A stretch of 64,000 nucleotides of DNA from contig MU053472.1 of NCBI GenBank assembly GCA_013239625.1, positions 3,643,410 to 3,707,409 of the forward strand, read 5' to 3'. The number at the start of each line of letters is the position of its first letter. Positions within the stretch are counted from its first letter, which is position 1. This stretch comes from Lama guanicoe. Lineage: Eukaryota. The notes under the pieces were generated by a model, which saw only the letters and a program-made list of their open reading frames with translations, was not told the origin of the DNA and did no database searches. Positions 62,440-64,000 of the stretch are shown piece by piece. A program made the translations under genes and the position numbers.

Positions 62440-63070
62440 CAGCGCAGCCCTGTCCCCAGTGCCTCTCCGCACCTCGCCTCCGGGGGTCGCAGGCCGCAAG
62501 GTCCGCCCTCAGGCTGGCCGCCCCCTGCCCAGCCTGCGCTCGCACCGCGCGCCTCGGAGGTGCAGGCCCCGCCCCGGGGCCGCCCCGCCCCGCCCCCGCT
62601 GCCGGGCCCGGCCCCCGGCCCGTCCGCTCTCGGGGCGGCGGGTGGGGGCCGGCGGTGTGGCGAGGTCGGCACGCAGCTTCGGCCTCTGGTCGCTCGGGCG
62701 CTGTCCAGGCGGAGCCGGCCCGGCCCGGGCTGCAGCCATGGTAAGGCGGGCGGGCGCGGGGCAGGGCCGGGCGCGCAGGGCCCGCCGCTCCCGGGCGGCT
62801 CCGCTGAGACCCGCGACTCCGCAGCCCCGGCTGTGCGGTGCGGGAGGCGCTGTCGCGCGCCGCGGGCACAGGCAGGCGCTGCTGGCTGACAGCGCTGCGT
62901 CGCTGCTCCCAAGTTTCTCCTTCTGATCCTAGCAGAGATGGAGTGGGCCCCGGCCCCCGTGGTGCTGCCCGCGTTCTTGGACGAAGGGATCGGTCCGTGC
63001 TGGGTGGGTAGGGGGCACCGGCCGAGACGCGCAGGTTGGGCTGGGGCGGGCACGTCAGCCAGGAGCGGAG
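62440..63070. promoter_or_regulatory. CpG island / GC-box promoter of SEPTIN4
   Basis: Very GC- and CpG-rich; several CCGCCC boxes at ~62569-62596. Confidence 0.85.
62738..62740 (+). CDS. SEPTIN4: SEPTIN4 CpG-island first exon contributing only the initiator Met
   Basis: GCAGCCATG|gtaagg: strong Kozak plus strong donor inside a CpG island; fits recalled M-IKRFLED isoforms. The downstream exon lies outside the window. Confidence 0.75.
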
Positions 63071-64000
63071 GTGAGGGTCCTCGCCCTTGCCTGGGACAGC
63101 GGTTACCTGGGCTAGCCTTCCTGCCCTGGGCTCCGGGACCAGCACCAACTTCCTTTGGGAAACATACCCAGGAGGCCCTCACACACTGCCTGCCCTCCCA
63201 AGAGGATGGTGAGACAGTTGGGCCCTTCTTCCCGCAGCCTGGCAAGGGGCCGCGCCTAGGCCCTGCCCGCAGCACCCTCTGCTCAGGGGTCTCTGCGAGG
63301 AAAGCCCAGCTACCATCCTGCCCGCTGGAATCAGCTATATCCCTCTCTCTCTCTCTGAGCCAGGAACCATGGGGAATCTTCTTCCTGCTGCATCCTCCAC
63401 CGCCCCCCCCCAACTAGATCCCTCTGCAGTCGGGGTAGGAGGGTGGGGGGAACTCATTCCTGCCACCTGCCTGTGATGAGAGGAGAAGCAGTAACCCCGG
63501 TTAACCTCCCTGCAGACCCCCAGGTAGGAAGTTTTGATGTTTGGCTGTGAAGGTGCCAGCTTTTTTCCTGCCATCATTGCCAGAGCCTGCCACAAACACA
63601 TTATGCTGGTTGTCAGGCCCTCCAGGCCCTTTGCCAGCTTCTCCTCCCGGTCTGGAAGACCCTCAGCCTACCCTCTGCTTTGGGAGGCACAGGCTGTTTA
63701 CAGCAGGAAGAGATCCGTGACCTGTCTGTGGGGCAGGATGTTGGCTGTGGGCAGAAAGGAACTGCCTGGGCCCTGTGGAATCAGAAGCTTCCAGGTCTGG
63801 AAAGGCCAACCTTTTGGGCTCTTCTCTCTCAAGCTGTGTCCAGGCTAAGGCCCAAGTCTTGGCCAGGAAGTCTTCGTGACCCTGTGACCTTCCCCAATGG
63901 GGCTTCCTGTGAGAGGCCAAGTGGTGCCTGCCTTTATCCCTGCCCCTATCCTTCTGCCCACAGGGAGACGGGCAGACTGATTGTACCAGGGAGGGAAGCC

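Noticed and set aside
62330..63417. Long overlapping ORFs (198, 334, 243 and 159 aa) on both strands
   Set aside because: These are stop-poor CpG-island artefacts with Arg/Gly/Pro/Ala low complexity and no recognisable domain; the real signal is ATG|gt at 62738.

Overview
Mammalian genomic DNA, most likely camelid, judged from a recurrent tRNA-Ala-like SINE that resembles the camelid Vic-1 family. It is not prokaryotic, and most six-frame ORFs are spurious. On the + strand I can assemble 26 GT-AG coding exons (899-40173) into one uninterrupted frame: the 3' ~1220 codons of TEX14, covering the pseudokinase domain, the CEP55-binding segment and the C-terminus, with a poly(A) signal at 40451. 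A repeat-rich spacer follows, with L2, nested L1, MER5 and MaLR elements and a TSD-flanked, internally truncated VRK2 processed pseudogene on the - strand (48833-49972). The rest is the 5' end of the SEPTIN4 locus: a large C17orf47-type exon (51102-52674), a 45-nt exon, an 8-nt microexon embedded in an alternative first exon, further candidate first exons, and a CpG-island first exon ending in ATG|gt. The most notable observations are a Gly-to-Ser change in the TEX14 GPPX3Y motif (SPPSLNY), a VRK2 retrocopy recording an exon-skipped transcript, the dual-use SEPTIN4 microexon, an E-box-rich 68-bp duplication before a candidate first exon, and a triplicated SINE target site. Comparisons with human proteins are from memory and need alignment. 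I found no evidence of a wholly new biological system.
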